Part shown: positions 10,700 through 22,209 of the stretch, piece by piece
How positions within the stretch are numbered: position 1 is the stretch's first letter
Layout of the letters: every line of letters begins with the position of its first letter
Assembly (NCBI GenBank): GCA_977018835.1
Contig: OZ361256.1
Span: forward strand, 4,526,001 to 4,590,000
Direction of reading: 5' to 3'
DNA length: 64,000 bases
Source of the DNA: Minutocellus sp. GHC0000111
Taxonomy: Eukaryota
Made by a program: the position numbers and the translations under genes
The notes under the pieces: generated by a model
Database searches by the model: none
Told to the model about the DNA's origin: nothing
The model's input: the letters and a program-made list of their open reading frames with translations, nothing else

Positions 10700-12066
10700 T
10701 AAATTATTTGTGATGTGCTGGTTTGCTGGCCTCCTACTAGCTAGTAGTACTAGCTAGTAGGCTAGTATCCGTCCTGCGGCGCAAGTTGTGTTGGCCCTAA
10801 CACAGTCGAGCGAGTCTACTTTGAATAGAAAGCCGTCACTTCTTCCACGTAAGATCAGAAATACGACCAACAGAAAAACATGAGAAAAACACACCACGGT
10901 GCGAACACCACGTCACGCATTCCTGCCCCTTCTTACAAAGAACGCTTCTCAATGACGTGGCAAAAACTGCCTTGAACCCGGCCCCTCGGCAATCACAGCC
11001 CACACCAAGGCAGACGGGACAATAATGTTCCACAAGTCCTTTCGTCAAATATTACCCGCACCCTTGCCCGCACCAACCCATCAACTGCCGGCCTGCCCGC
11101 TGCCGCCGCCACAGAAGCACTCATTCTTTAAGCAGGCGAGAGAGGGCAAGTCGATGATTTAATGATGGTGGCATCTTTTCTCCTCTCCTCGGTTGGCGTC
11201 ATGTCACCGGCCGGGAGACAAATGCACATCATGCGGCCTGGCGTTTTTTCATGGACATGTCGCAACTTCGTCACAGATCGGCGGAACTTTGGTTGGTCGG
11301 AAAGTTCCTTGATCCTGACGGAAGACATGCGTCTGTCGCTTCTGGTTGCAATGCATCTGTGCCGGACAGCATCTCATCTCCTTCCTTTGCGCTTTTTCAT
11401 TCAAACCGGCATGCTGTGGCATAATCAGCATTCTTCGCAGCACCTCACACAAAGCCCCGGACGGGAGTGACGGCAGCAACAGATTGGACTCGCAAAAAGG
11501 TGCGTGCAGTCGTCCAAAGAATCAAGGTCCGGATCGACGGACACGAGGTTCACATTCTGCCCATCAAGGACGAGCTTGGAGAAGGGCGGGGCCATCGCAC
11601 ACATAAAGCCGGTCCTCAGAAATCGAGGCAAGCAAGACGCCCTCTTGGCCCTCTTTCTGCTGCCGCGCTGTTCGCGGCACAAATAAATTGCGCGAAGAAT
11701 ACACATTTTGCCCCGATTTATAAAAGACCTTCCTTGTCCACAAAACACAGTTCGGCGATATTGCGCGCATCTCTGATTCATCCGTCCACTGACCAACGCA
11801 TATTCCTCTCCTTTCTCTTGCATGTGCCTCGCATAACACTCCTCTGCCTCTCGCGCGCAACTCCAAAGCCATTCATACTTCCTTCCAAAAACTCGGCCTC
11901 TCGATTTAGGGCGGACGGAAGTTCTTCGATTTCATTCGGCGGCCAGCAAGCTTCTTGTCCGATTCGATTTCACATCTTCCGTTCCGCCCTGCCAAACTTC
12001 CGACACAGTTACCGGAACTTTCCATTTGCCCGGTCAAGTCAATTTTATTTATCGAATAATCAAACC

Positions 12067-13464
12067 ATGACCTCCGCCCACCTCGATTCGAGCATCATCG
12101 TCCTCGACGAGGAGTGGGACGACGATTCGACCATCTGCTCGCACGGCGTTACAGGCCTCCGGCCCGACAACGCCATGAGCACCAGCATGAAGTCCATCGG
12201 CGGGTCGTCGGCGGGCTTCTCCTCGCTCAACTGCGATTCATCCGCGTGCTCCTCGTCGGTATGTTCCACTTCGATGGTGTCGGCGTCGGCCAACAGCGGC
12301 GGACGCCTACCGATAAGTCCGTCGCCGTTGTCGCGCAAGACGCCCATGATATTGTCGCTACCGCCCATGTCGCAGCGATCACCGTCCGTGCGACGGACGG
12401 CGAAGGAGATGGGGCTGTTCGGGTCAGGAGGTGCCGTCATGTCACCGTCGAGAAGTTCGTCATCGGGTGGTCTCATGCAGGCCCCAAGTCTCATCGAGAA
12501 GCGAGTGAGCTTTAGTCTGGACAGGGCCGACACATCCAGCCGAAGTCTGAACGATGTGTCAACACACACTTCCTCATCTTCATCTTCCGAGGATAGCCAA
12601 GATGACAACGCCAATTTCGTGGAGTGCGAGATTACCAACCCGCTGCAAAAACATAGATACCAGATTGCCTCCCGGCACGATATGACTCGGGAGGAGATTG
12701 CCTCGACCTGGTACTCCCTCGAGGAAGTGGACGGGATGAAGGATGCCATGCGCAACGACTCACGGGTTATGCGCGAGATTGTCTTTGATACCACCCCACC
12801 CCAATCCGTGGCATCGAACCGAAGCGGAGGCTCCTCTGGCGCCGGTGATCCCGACGAACACGACGAAGAGGAGGAGCACTGCGCCCGCGGCCTCGAGCAT
12901 TTGTTCACCCGCGAATCGCTCATCAAGAAGCAACAGTCGCGCAGCCTGGTCGTCCATGCCGTGCTGGCCGCGCAGGACCAGGGCGTGGTGTGCTCTGAAC
13001 AGCTCGCCTCCATATCGCGCAAGTTCACCCTCCCGGCACGCATCTATGCCGCCCAGATGGGCAGCCTCGACGCCACCAAGGTCCGACCAGAGGGCGGAGT
13101 CAGTGATGGCAGCGGAGACGCTACCACTGTGGGTATGGACACCAGCAGCACCACTGCCGCCGCCGAACCCTCCTCCTCTCTGGCAACGCACTTCCAGCGC
13201 CAAGTGTCACTGGGCGATGGGGACAACGCATCCATCGCCACCTCCAATTTCTCCTTCTTCGATGGGGACATTGACAACAACAAGGCCCTCGAGCTCCATC
13301 AGATGGAGTCTATGAGACAACGCAACCGCGCCATGCACGTCAAAACCGTCAACGACTTTATGGCCTCGAGCTTGGCCGAACTTGCCAAGGAGCGCGATCC
13401 GCGCGTCATCCAGGAGGTGACCCAGATGCTCTTCACGTCCATGTCCAACATGACGGCACTGTAG
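12067..13464 (+). CDS. Ser-rich hypothetical protein of an expanded diatom-type family
   Basis: ATG in caaaccATG context where GC-rich coding composition begins. Family-like blocks KRVSF, EEIASTWYS, CARGLEH, VVHAVLAAQ and AAQMGSLDA. Confidence 0.75.
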   Translation: MTSAHLDSSIIVLDEEWDDDSTICSHGVTGLRPDNAMSTSMKSIGGSSAGFSSLNCDSSACSSSVCSTSMVSASANSGGRLPISPSPLSRKTPMILSLPPMSQRSPSVRRTAKEMGLFGSGGAVMSPSRSSSSGGLMQAPSLIEKRVSFSLDRADTSSRSLNDVSTHTSSSSSSEDSQDDNANFVECEITNPLQKHRYQIASRHDMTREEIASTWYSLEEVDGMKDAMRNDSRVMREIVFDTTPPQSVASNRSGGSSGAGDPDEHDEEEEHCARGLEHLFTRESLIKKQQSRSLVVHAVLAAQDQGVVCSEQLASISRKFTLPARIYAAQMGSLDATKVRPEGGVSDGSGDATTVGMDTSSTTAAAEPSSSLATHFQRQVSLGDGDNASIATSNFSFFDGDIDNNKALELHQMESMRQRNRAMHVKTVNDFMASSLAELAKERDPRVIQEVTQMLFTSMSNMTAL

Positions 13465-13792
13465 ATCATAAGATCGACCTGCTCTTGCTCGATTATCCAC
13501 ACCCCAAGACACATGATATCACACATCTCCACTTCACTTCAATGCACATATCTGAGTTCACCCTACTCCAGCTAACTTGGCAACTCGAAAACCTTCCCGA
13601 TAACAAGTGAAGAACCCCCTCGGCTCTCTCCACTTCTTAAGACATGGAAAAAGTCGGACCACACACATTCACATATTTCATATCTCCAGGGACATCACAC
13701 ACTCATGCTTTATCACGCCAGATGAAGTTGTAAATTAGTACAAGCACTTCACATTTGATTTCTATTTTGTATTTTCGCGAGCTAAAGTAGTT

Positions 13793-16096
13793 TTAATTAG
13801 ACGAATCAGGCTCGCCGACCAAATTCTTTTGAAGGAATTGGACCATTGCATTTTGATACTGATCAATGTTCTCCTTCTTCCGGAAGCCATGGCCTTCATT
13901 CTCGGCCAACATATACCATGCCTCAAGTCCATTCTCTTTCACAGTTTGGTAGATCTGTTCTGCCTCTCCAACTGGAACGCGGGGGTCGTTCTTACCCTGA
14001 CAAACGAATAGAGGAGCTCGGATCTTGTCGGCATTTGTTAGTGGAGAAATCTCGTTCAAAAACTCCCGCATTTCAGGATCGGATTCGTCTCCATACTTGA
14101 CTCGTCGAAGAACTCGGCGGTACGATGCAGTGTTCTCAAGAAAAGTGACAAAGTTGGAAATTCCAACCATGTCGATTCCGCATTTGAGCTTGTCATTGAA
14201 ATGGATGAGGGTAGCGAGGCACATATAGCCCCCGTAGCTTCCTCCCCATACTGCAATGCGATTTGGATCAAGGCCAAAAGAGTCTTTACCCTCAGCCTCG
14301 ATCCATTCAATCAACGACCCAATATCCTTGACACTATCTTCGCGATTCCGGCCATTATCCAGGGTGACGAACGAATTGCCATATCCATTCGAACCACGGA
14401 CGTTAGGGTCGATAATTGCTATTTGGAATTTGTGCATGAGGAATTGATAAAAGGCTGAATAGGTAGGGCGATGCTGACCTTCAGGGCCGCCGTGAGGATG
14501 AATAAGTACAGGAATTCCCTGGCTCTTGCACGAATCATTGCTGGCGCTGTTATTGGGTTTGTAAACAAACGCAGGTATCTCGAGATCATCAAAACCTTTA
14601 TAACGGATCAGAGACGGACTAACGAATGTGCTGGAATCGAGTCCTCCGATCTCACTCTTCGTGTATTGTATAAAATATAGATTGGGATCATGTCTTCTTT
14701 CAAAAATGTACGCATCGGCTGGAGATGTAGGGGAGACAAATGAAAAGCCGACAACAAATCGACTCTCTGGGAATCGGCTTCGTATAGAACCAAATTTTAG
14801 GCTCCCCGCCATTACACCCATGCCCAAACCATTCAGAGGCACCACCTCAGCAAGTCGGAGCTTATCCAAGCGCGGCAAGGTGCCACTGTGGCGCCAGTGG
14901 TGGAGTACCGTAGAGCCATCTTCGTTGTAGCCAGCAACAAGGTCGCCGGTCTCTTGATTATAAGCGATGCTTTCGACATCCCATGGTTTGATCTCCCGCC
15001 CGATGCCTCCAAGACCTTCATGCGAAATCATATGTTTAGTCTTCGCCCAAAGGAAGAGAGATTTATACTGACCACTACGATCAGACGAGTAGGCAACTGC
15101 CACTTCTCCCTTCTTTTCTCTACCGCCAATAATTTGGGCACTACTACCAACAGAGGCAGGCTCCTCGCCTCCTCCAATTTCCTCCATCGATTTCACCTTG
15201 GTCATGTCGTTCTCATCTAGGATGAAAAGATACAAGCGAGAATCGGTGACAGAGGTATAGTGCTGAACAAGCAAATGGTTGTGATCAAAGTCCTTGATGC
15301 GCAAGTATCCAGACTTGGTATTGCTGTAGATTGAAGTGGTGGGGATGACATCATTTCCTCGTTCCGAGCTTGGTTCCGCACGAACATGCCGAGAAATATC
15401 CTCAGCCGATACCAGATAAAGGTCAAAGTGGGTCCCATCTCTTGCATTCGACACAAATGCAGCATAAGGTTTGTCGTTGTTCCAGGCCCAACTGCGGTGC
15501 ATGATGCGCTTGGACCCGTCCTCATCCTCATGAAGCTGCAGCTTGGACGTCTGTCCACCGGAATGATGCAGGTAGTACGACGTGTTTTCATCTCCGCCGC
15601 TGTCCTGACCAAAGACGAATAAATGTCCCTCACGGTTGGGGTTTGCAATACTATCGTCAGTCACTGACTCTAATACGCCGGCATCGGCAACCATGGCCTC
15701 CCGAAAGGCCGCCGTGGCGGGGTAGCACTCCTTGACCGGCTCGTCACAATAGGTGAGCTGCTCCCTCATCGCCATGGGCCGCGCGACGTAATGCACCTGG
15801 GCCGAATCCGCAAATCTCGTCAAGACGTATATCCCACGATACTCTTCGTCATCTTGGATCGTTGCATCTGGACGGTCCTTGAAGCCAACAAAGACGGCCC
15901 GGCGGGAGTTTTGATAGGGTCGGATGCTGGCCGAGAGGGCTGGGTCGGCGGGGGGTATGTTGGGAGAGACCAGCAGATTTTTCGTGCGGCGTTCCATGAT
16001 GACGATGTCTTCGGAAGAATCCACGGCGATAAGCAGGGTGAAGATGAGGACAATATGGTGCAAGTATGGGGGTATCAGCAGGATACGATGGGTCAT
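13793..16096 (-). CDS. S9 family serine peptidase (dipeptidyl/acylaminoacyl peptidase-like)
   Basis: HGGP, NVRGSNGYG, GGSYGG nucleophile, NDPRVP Asp and EGHGF His. Start uncertain; ATG 16096 gives a hydrophobic leader. Confidence 0.92.
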   Translation of the reverse strand: MTHRILLIPPYLHHIVLIFTLLIAVDSSEDIVIMERRTKNLLVSPNIPPADPALSASIRPYQNSRRAVFVGFKDRPDATIQDDEEYRGIYVLTRFADSAQVHYVARPMAMREQLTYCDEPVKECYPATAAFREAMVADAGVLESVTDDSIANPNREGHLFVFGQDSGGDENTSYYLHHSGGQTSKLQLHEDEDGSKRIMHRSWAWNNDKPYAAFVSNARDGTHFDLYLVSAEDISRHVRAEPSSERGNDVIPTTSIYSNTKSGYLRIKDFDHNHLLVQHYTSVTDSRLYLFILDENDMTKVKSMEEIGGGEEPASVGSSAQIIGGREKKGEVAVAYSSDRSGQYKSLFLWAKTKHMISHEGLGGIGREIKPWDVESIAYNQETGDLVAGYNEDGSTVLHHWRHSGTLPRLDKLRLAEVVPLNGLGMGVMAGSLKFGSIRSRFPESRFVVGFSFVSPTSPADAYIFERRHDPNLYFIQYTKSEIGGLDSSTFVSPSLIRYKGFDDLEIPAFVYKPNNSASNDSCKSQGIPVLIHPHGGPEGQHRPTYSAFYQFLMHKFQIAIIDPNVRGSNGYGNSFVTLDNGRNREDSVKDIGSLIEWIEAEGKDSFGLDPNRIAVWGGSYGGYMCLATLIHFNDKLKCGIDMVGISNFVTFLENTASYRRVLRRVKYGDESDPEMREFLNEISPLTNADKIRAPLFVCQGKNDPRVPVGEAEQIYQTVKENGLEAWYMLAENEGHGFRKKENIDQYQNAMVQFLQKNLVGEPDSSN

Positions 16097-16453
16097 GGCT
16101 TGACTACACTTGACTTTGCATTTATTTGCCGAGAGACTGCGTGCCACTGCGTCGAGACGACGGACGAAAACAGACCATTTTACGATTTTTCCATCGCCTT
16201 CTTTCGAGTGTCAGGCGGCCGCGCCATCTAATTTCACTTTTCTTCTTCTTTGCAAATAAATAAAGCAGATGGCGTCTCTGTCGCTCTGCATGCTGATGTC
16301 TTCCTTCTGCGCTCTCCAGCTCCGCTGTCGTCATTATGTCTAGACTAAGGCTGGCTCGCTCAGCCAGCTCCATCTCACTCAGGAGAGGTCGGAAAAAAAT
16401 CTTCGATCGGCGAAGTTCGTCATCGCACACGGAATCCTTTTTTACTTTATTTT

Positions 16454-16655
16454 TTCCAGCGGAAAGATTTCTTTTTCCGCGGAAGAAAAGGGCGAGGAAT
16501 TTTTTCCTTTTTCCGGCGGAAGATTTTCACGTGAAAGTGTTCAAAACAGCAAGGAAAATTTAAGCGAAGTCGGGAAAAAAACTTCGCCAAAACTTTCCGA
16601 CGGAAAAATATATCTTTCTGCGGAAACTTCTTCTCAAGAAAATCTTCCGACGGAA
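16454..16655. promoter_or_regulatory. Cluster of six palindromic TTCC(N2-3)GGAA-like sites in a divergent intergenic region
   Basis: ttccagcggaa 16454, ttccgcggaa 16475, ttccggcggaa 16511, ttccgacggaa 16595, ttctgcggaa 16616, ttccgacggaa 16645, mostly flanked by T/A tracts. Function inferred only. Confidence 0.4.
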
Positions 16656-16748
16656 AAAAATCTCTTCAAAACACCCGCAAGAAAATTTTCCGACCTCTCC
16701 AGCACTTGCTTTCCCCCAGAAACGCCACCCCCAAGCACCCCAAAACAC

Positions 16749-17878
16749 ATGTCGATGTCGGGCAAACATCCACCAAACGGATCTATGGCTGGTCATCGTG
16801 ATGGCAGCTCGTCGGGCCCCAGAAGGAAAGGGGAGTCAACTCTAAATGATTCACAGCAGAACAAACAGGGCATAAAACATTCCGGTCAGCAGCACAAAGG
16901 CATGGCGTCGCAAAAACAGACTCAGGAACCCGAACGATACCAAGGCGATCTTCGGGGCAAACATGGCGGCATGAATGCCGAGCCCTGGTATTTGGATCAG
17001 AAAAAGAAGGAGCAATTCCTCATGTTCACGCGAGTTCTAATTAAGTATTTGGAAACTATGGATTATGAAATGCACCAACGGGCCGAGCAGGTTCTCAAGA
17101 TGTGCTCCGAAAGGAATGAGGCGGGAGATCCAGAATATTCCAGTTTGACAAATAGTATGCGAATCAATCTGAGAAGGACAGTTGGAGAACAATACTGGAG
17201 AAAGGCGGAAGTCTACACGAAAACCTTTCTGCAGACCAAAGGTGAGAGTTATTGGGATGAGAGTAAGCAGGATCAGAGTAAGGTCGGAGCAACGACACCA
17301 GCTCCTGTGACACCGGCGGCATCGATGACAAGTGCTACTGCTACGACCACCAAGAAACGAAAGAAAACGAAGAAGGTCGATCTTGATGAGGTGCCATTCG
17401 ATCAGTTAGAGGATATCTACATGCGAAAGAAGCGGGGAAATACGTTGGCTATTCTTCGTTCTGCGCCATTTGAGATGCTTGATCAGGTCTTTCACGAAAG
17501 GAAGCGGCTCAAGTCTACAGTCGACCTCACATCATATGATACCGAGGAACAGCCAGACGGTACTGGCGTTGCTCTTCGCATCCAAGCCGAGCCGAGCAGC
17601 AACAGGCTCTTGTCAAAGTCAAGGATGAAAAGGAAGAACAAGCCGCCGAAATATCCAAGCTCCAAGGCAAGATCGAAGAAGGGAAGAAGTCAGCTGCCGC
17701 CAATCTACTGAGCCTTGAAAGGGTCAAGGAGTGCGTAATCTGCCAAGCGGCTGATAAATGCGTGGCTTTGTATCCTTGTTCGCATCTTGCTTTGTGTCAT
17801 GAATGCCAGCACCTTGTCGATGAGTGCCCAATATGCCGAGAGAAGATTCAAGAGAGGAAGACAGTCAAAGTGGTGTAA
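16749..17878 (+). pseudogene. Diatom-type helical domain + C-terminal RING-HC E3 ligase, frameshifted by a 5-bp duplication (GCCGA at 17586-17595)
   Basis: Domain KEQFLMFTRVLIKYLE...LRRTVGEQYW. The RING CVICQ..PCSHLALCHEC..CPICR ends at TAA 17876-17878 and comes into frame if one GCCGA copy is removed. Confidence 0.8.
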
Positions 17879-18091
17879 TCTGGTTGGGTAATTTTTACAC
17901 GTTGTTATACACGTGGTTTTATCTATCTGTTGGAAAGGAGGTGCTGACGCGTACGCCGGATTGTTCGAGCAGCTCTATCTACTAATGCATGCATTATACT
18001 GCTGAGCCACTGTGCAGACATTAGCTCGATTATATGCACTTCTACTTATATACTGTAGTAGTCTCTAGTCTAGTGTAATCTAGTGAAATTA

Positions 18092-21000
18092 TCATTCTAT
18101 GGCACAGTTTGGAAGACTCCAGCCCTGGTCATTAGCTCTTTCATTAAGGCGCAGAGACCAAACCTGGGCCGGTGTATCAAGCGCCAAATGAAGTATCAGT
18201 GATTCACCGCCAGACGATCCCGCCGAAGCCGACGATCCACGCAAAAAGGTGCCGGAATTGGCATCAGGGTCGATGCTCGAAGGTATACGCTGCAAACGCA
18301 TTCCTTCCCATTCGAGCTCACTCCCTATCGTAGCCACGGGAAGCTGGGTCTCCTGCATGATCTCACCCGTCTCCACATCGAATGCTCGAATAATACGGGC
18401 ATTGTCAAAAAGAAGGTAGAGTAGGCCGTCAAAATATTGCATGCTTGCAACCTTTTGCTCTTTGAGACGTTTGGTCAATGTCTTCTTGTTCAAGGTGGAA
18501 TACTTCACAGCTGTGTTGGAACTGTCAGTCAACGAACCCACATCAAAGACATCAATGGACAAAGAGCATTTCTTCTCCTTGCTGCCATCGTCACTCAGAC
18601 CGGCAACAACAAGTTTTGAGGGTGAAAGCCCATCGAAACCTGGCACCACTGCCATCGCCTCGGCCCCTCGAAGGCCAATTTTCCATCGTTGCACTTCAAG
18701 AAAATGTCGGCTGTAGAGGTGTTCTTGAGTCCATTTCAGTTCGATAATTTCCGATTCTTTGGGTCCCTCTGAGAGCGCAAATATCCGGTCGCCTAGATAT
18801 TCCAAGGCTTCCAAATTGGCCCCTGGTATGTTGGCCACTACCTGGACGGGCTTCTCCCTGGTTGGGTCGTTGGGAACACCGTCTTCCAGCGCAAGAATAC
18901 GATGTAAGGACGGCACCATTGTCGATGATAGCTCCGGATGGCTGAAGCTCCAATATAGGAATCCCTTGGAGTGATCTACGATTGCATTGTCCGGGATCTT
19001 CTCTCATCGTTGAAGAGAACATTGATGAGCTTCCATTCTCAGCTTGGTAGGAATAAACAAGAAGGAGAATAACTCCTGCAACGATACTTGATGTCAGAAT
19101 CGATGGCCCGACGAAGTCAACGTAGCCGTACGGCTTTCCACTTCTCATCAGGTAGATCCTTCTGTAGTAAATTGCCAATGCGTAGACGGCTATAAGCAGC
19201 GACATGGCAATCAGCCATGTGGCCGCAATACCAGCTGATTTCACATTTCGGTCGGCTCCCAAGATGAAGAGCAATTGAGATATTGTGATTATAAGTAATG
19301 CCGCGCTTATCCTGGTATTTGCAAAGTCAAGAAAACAGAGTGAGCAACTTATGAGTGAACAGAACTCGCGAAAAAACACAACATCACCACTGGAGGGCGT
19401 CGGGCAGTACTTACCATTGAATGAATGTACGCTCATTGGCAAAATGAGACTTGGGCTCGACTCTAGCTGGCCTCTTCGGAGCAATCTCTTGTTGTTTGTT
19501 GGTCATTGGAAAGAAACTCGCGCGGAGAATGGTGGATCGACGCCGGGCAGTTCGTTTCTTTGGGCCCGATTTAGCAACGTCAATATTTTTTGGTTCTATT
19601 GTAGTTGCGCCGGTCGAATCAAAGCCACACGTGGTGATGCTCGTGGATTCAGTGGAACTCGATTTGGAGCTGGTATGAACAAGTTCAACGCCATCCGACA
19701 AGTCGCGATCCTCGCCGTAAAGAGGGGCAAAGGCGTCATCTGATGCCCACCAAGGCAGGCGATCAACAGTATTGGAATTGAATAGACTTGCAACAGAGAG
19801 AAATTTGGAGAATTTCCTGGCTTCGACGATAACTCCATCGTCCTCCAACTCAGCAATGGAGGATGGGGCACCATCTTCTCCAGACACCTTGACCTCAAAG
19901 ACACAATACGGAAGTTGAACCACGCAAGCACTATTGATGGTGTCTTCATCGTCGAGGCACCAGCTCTTGGAAGACGATGAGCGTTCATTAATCACCTGTA
20001 TGTCCCGGTCGATGGTAAAGCGAACCTTGTTGGTGCTGGTCGACTGCAAGGCAATACGCGAGTAGCACGTCCGGGCGCTGGGACTCAGCTGCAGCTTGCA
20101 TATCAAGTCACGCATCCGAAGGAGCAACTCGCTGAGGTCATTGATCAGTTCTTCATCGTCAGTGCGATTGGCAAGACGGACCAGTGCTGAAGCCTTTTGC
20201 ATGTCCCATCTACATTTTCGATGAGGGGGCAAAAAGAGCATCGAAATATATGGTCAGAGGTCAAAAAGAGCCAAAAAGAATAGCATGTCAATCGTAAATG
20301 AATGTTCGAATGCAATACACTCACCTTCCAGTCGATGTATTCAAAAGCTGCTGGACATCCTTCTCTCGAATAGGACAGCGTTCCTTGACGCTCCTATCCT
20401 GCAGCCATTTCTCGTGATGTGTCTTGAGCTCGAGGTACACAATGTCGTCACCACTGGGCTTGGCATTGCCATACCATCGAATTCGTAGCAGCTTTGCCCC
20501 CTCGCTCCTCTTGAGCCTTTCGTTGTACAGGTGCAAATCGGGCGAGTCCAAATATACCGACGATATGGAAGACGTCACGGAGGACCAGAGTGCATTGTTG
20601 TTGCCCAACTGAGCGGCTGATGCATCCGGCTGAATGATATCTTTCCTGTCGAGAATCCGTCCGCCCTTGCGACCGTAAACCAAAAGGGGTAGCTCCGTTA
20701 TCGATGTGAGTACGACCTGCGATAGGTCTTGTTCCTTCACCCAGTATTTGGTGGTCACACGCTCAAAGGACGATGGTGGGACCCATTTGCCGCCCTCGCC
20801 TTTCTCACCGCCTCCAATCGATGCCGATTGCACATCATGTGTTGGAATCTCACTATCCTCATTATTAGCACCGCCCAAATCCCGAAGAATGGAATGCGCA
20901 TCGTTCAAAAGGACCACCAGCATGCCCTCCCCACGATTGCTCAGATCGAACACCACCGGATACGGATGGGATTGGAGCCGTCTCTCCACCAAGTCGCTGC

Positions 21001-21610
21001 ACGAGGTTCCCAGCTTGGCATCGGCCAGTCCAGCCACGCGACGTAGCTCGGTGGCATCCTTTCGAGATTGATGTTGCAGCTGCAATGCTCGCTGTGATAT
21101 CTCACTGGCACGTCGTAGGAGACTTTTCACATCGTCGGTAGCACCACCAGTGGTCGTAGTAGTTCGAGCCAATGCGTCGGCATCCAAGAGCAGGGCCCTG
21201 GCGTCGCTCTCAAGGCTGACCAAATTTGCCTGGACGGTCGATGCCGCCCTGCCAAGCTCCGCTTCGAGAGAATCGACGAAGGAGGCAGTGCTCGGTGGAG
21301 CGCCGGTTGCGCTGTTTCGACGACTTCCGCCGGCAATTCCGATGCAAATGCCCGAGGTGCGTCGACCAGCCGCACCGCTGGCTTCTCGGATGGAAACGCG
21401 TCCCGACTTTAGCTGACGATGGGCATCGTGCAGTTCGACCTCGAGATACGACAGGGATATGCTGGTAGTACTGCTGTTGGTGGTGCTGGTGCCGGACGTC
21501 GATGACGACGACGGTGCTGTTGCAGGGGGTGCCGGCCCTTCTTCCGATGGATTACACGTCGTCGTCGTCGTCGTCGTCGTCCCCGTGCTGCTACTTTGTG
21601 GTTCGGTCAT
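18092..21610 (-). CDS. VTC-domain polyphosphate polymerase-like protein (VTC + DUF202 TM + C-terminal SdiA-regulated-like domain); introns 20324-20210 and 19414-19312; apparent frameshift at about 18920
   Basis: FERVTTKYWV, ISSVYLDS, LLRIRWY, LELKTH, RTCYSRIALQ, RFTIDR, FEVKV and KFSKFL. The DUF202 motif EPKSHFANERTFIQWIS is restored by splicing. Confidence 0.85.
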
Positions 21611-22209
21611 GTGTATGTCTTGTGCCGGTTTGGGATTATTATGGCCAGGTGAACAGAGATGAATCAGAAGGTGCGCCTATTATGTCTTGAAATGAAATAT
21701 AATGCAGAGAGAGCAATGTGCATGTAGGACTGAAAATAAATTGGCTGATGACTGGTGGGAAGGAGCTGCATGCAACGGCCGCCGAGAGCAGAAGCAGCTG
21801 AGCGAACAAGTTCGAAGCAGGAACTTCGCTCCACGCTTTCTTCAGTGTTTTTAGTGTGTATGGTTCAAACGTTTTGCGGAAACACCCTAACAAAAATAAT
21901 ACCGTAGCAAATACGGCATCTCTCTTGAAAATACGGAAAAGAGTGTTTCGATTATCCTCTACGCCTGTAAGAAGAAGAAATAATTTTTGTCATGCAAATG
22001 TCTCTGCGTCAGTGGCCGGCGCGACTGCCGCGACTGCCGCGAGCGAACAGGGAAGAAACAAGCACGTCCCTGGATACCGGCCAATGCTGTGACGTTGTTT
22101 GAAACGATTGACTGGTTGGTTGGTGCTTGCTACTAGCTAGCACGTATCTTCATCAGCTCGACCGATATTTCCACGTCCTTATCCACGGCCCAACTAACAC
22201 AAAGCCAAC

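Noticed and set aside
11467..12066. N-terminal 200 aa of the 665-aa ORF
   Set aside because: Non-ATG start running through TpA-poor and promoter-like sequence; ATG 12067 is the plausible start.
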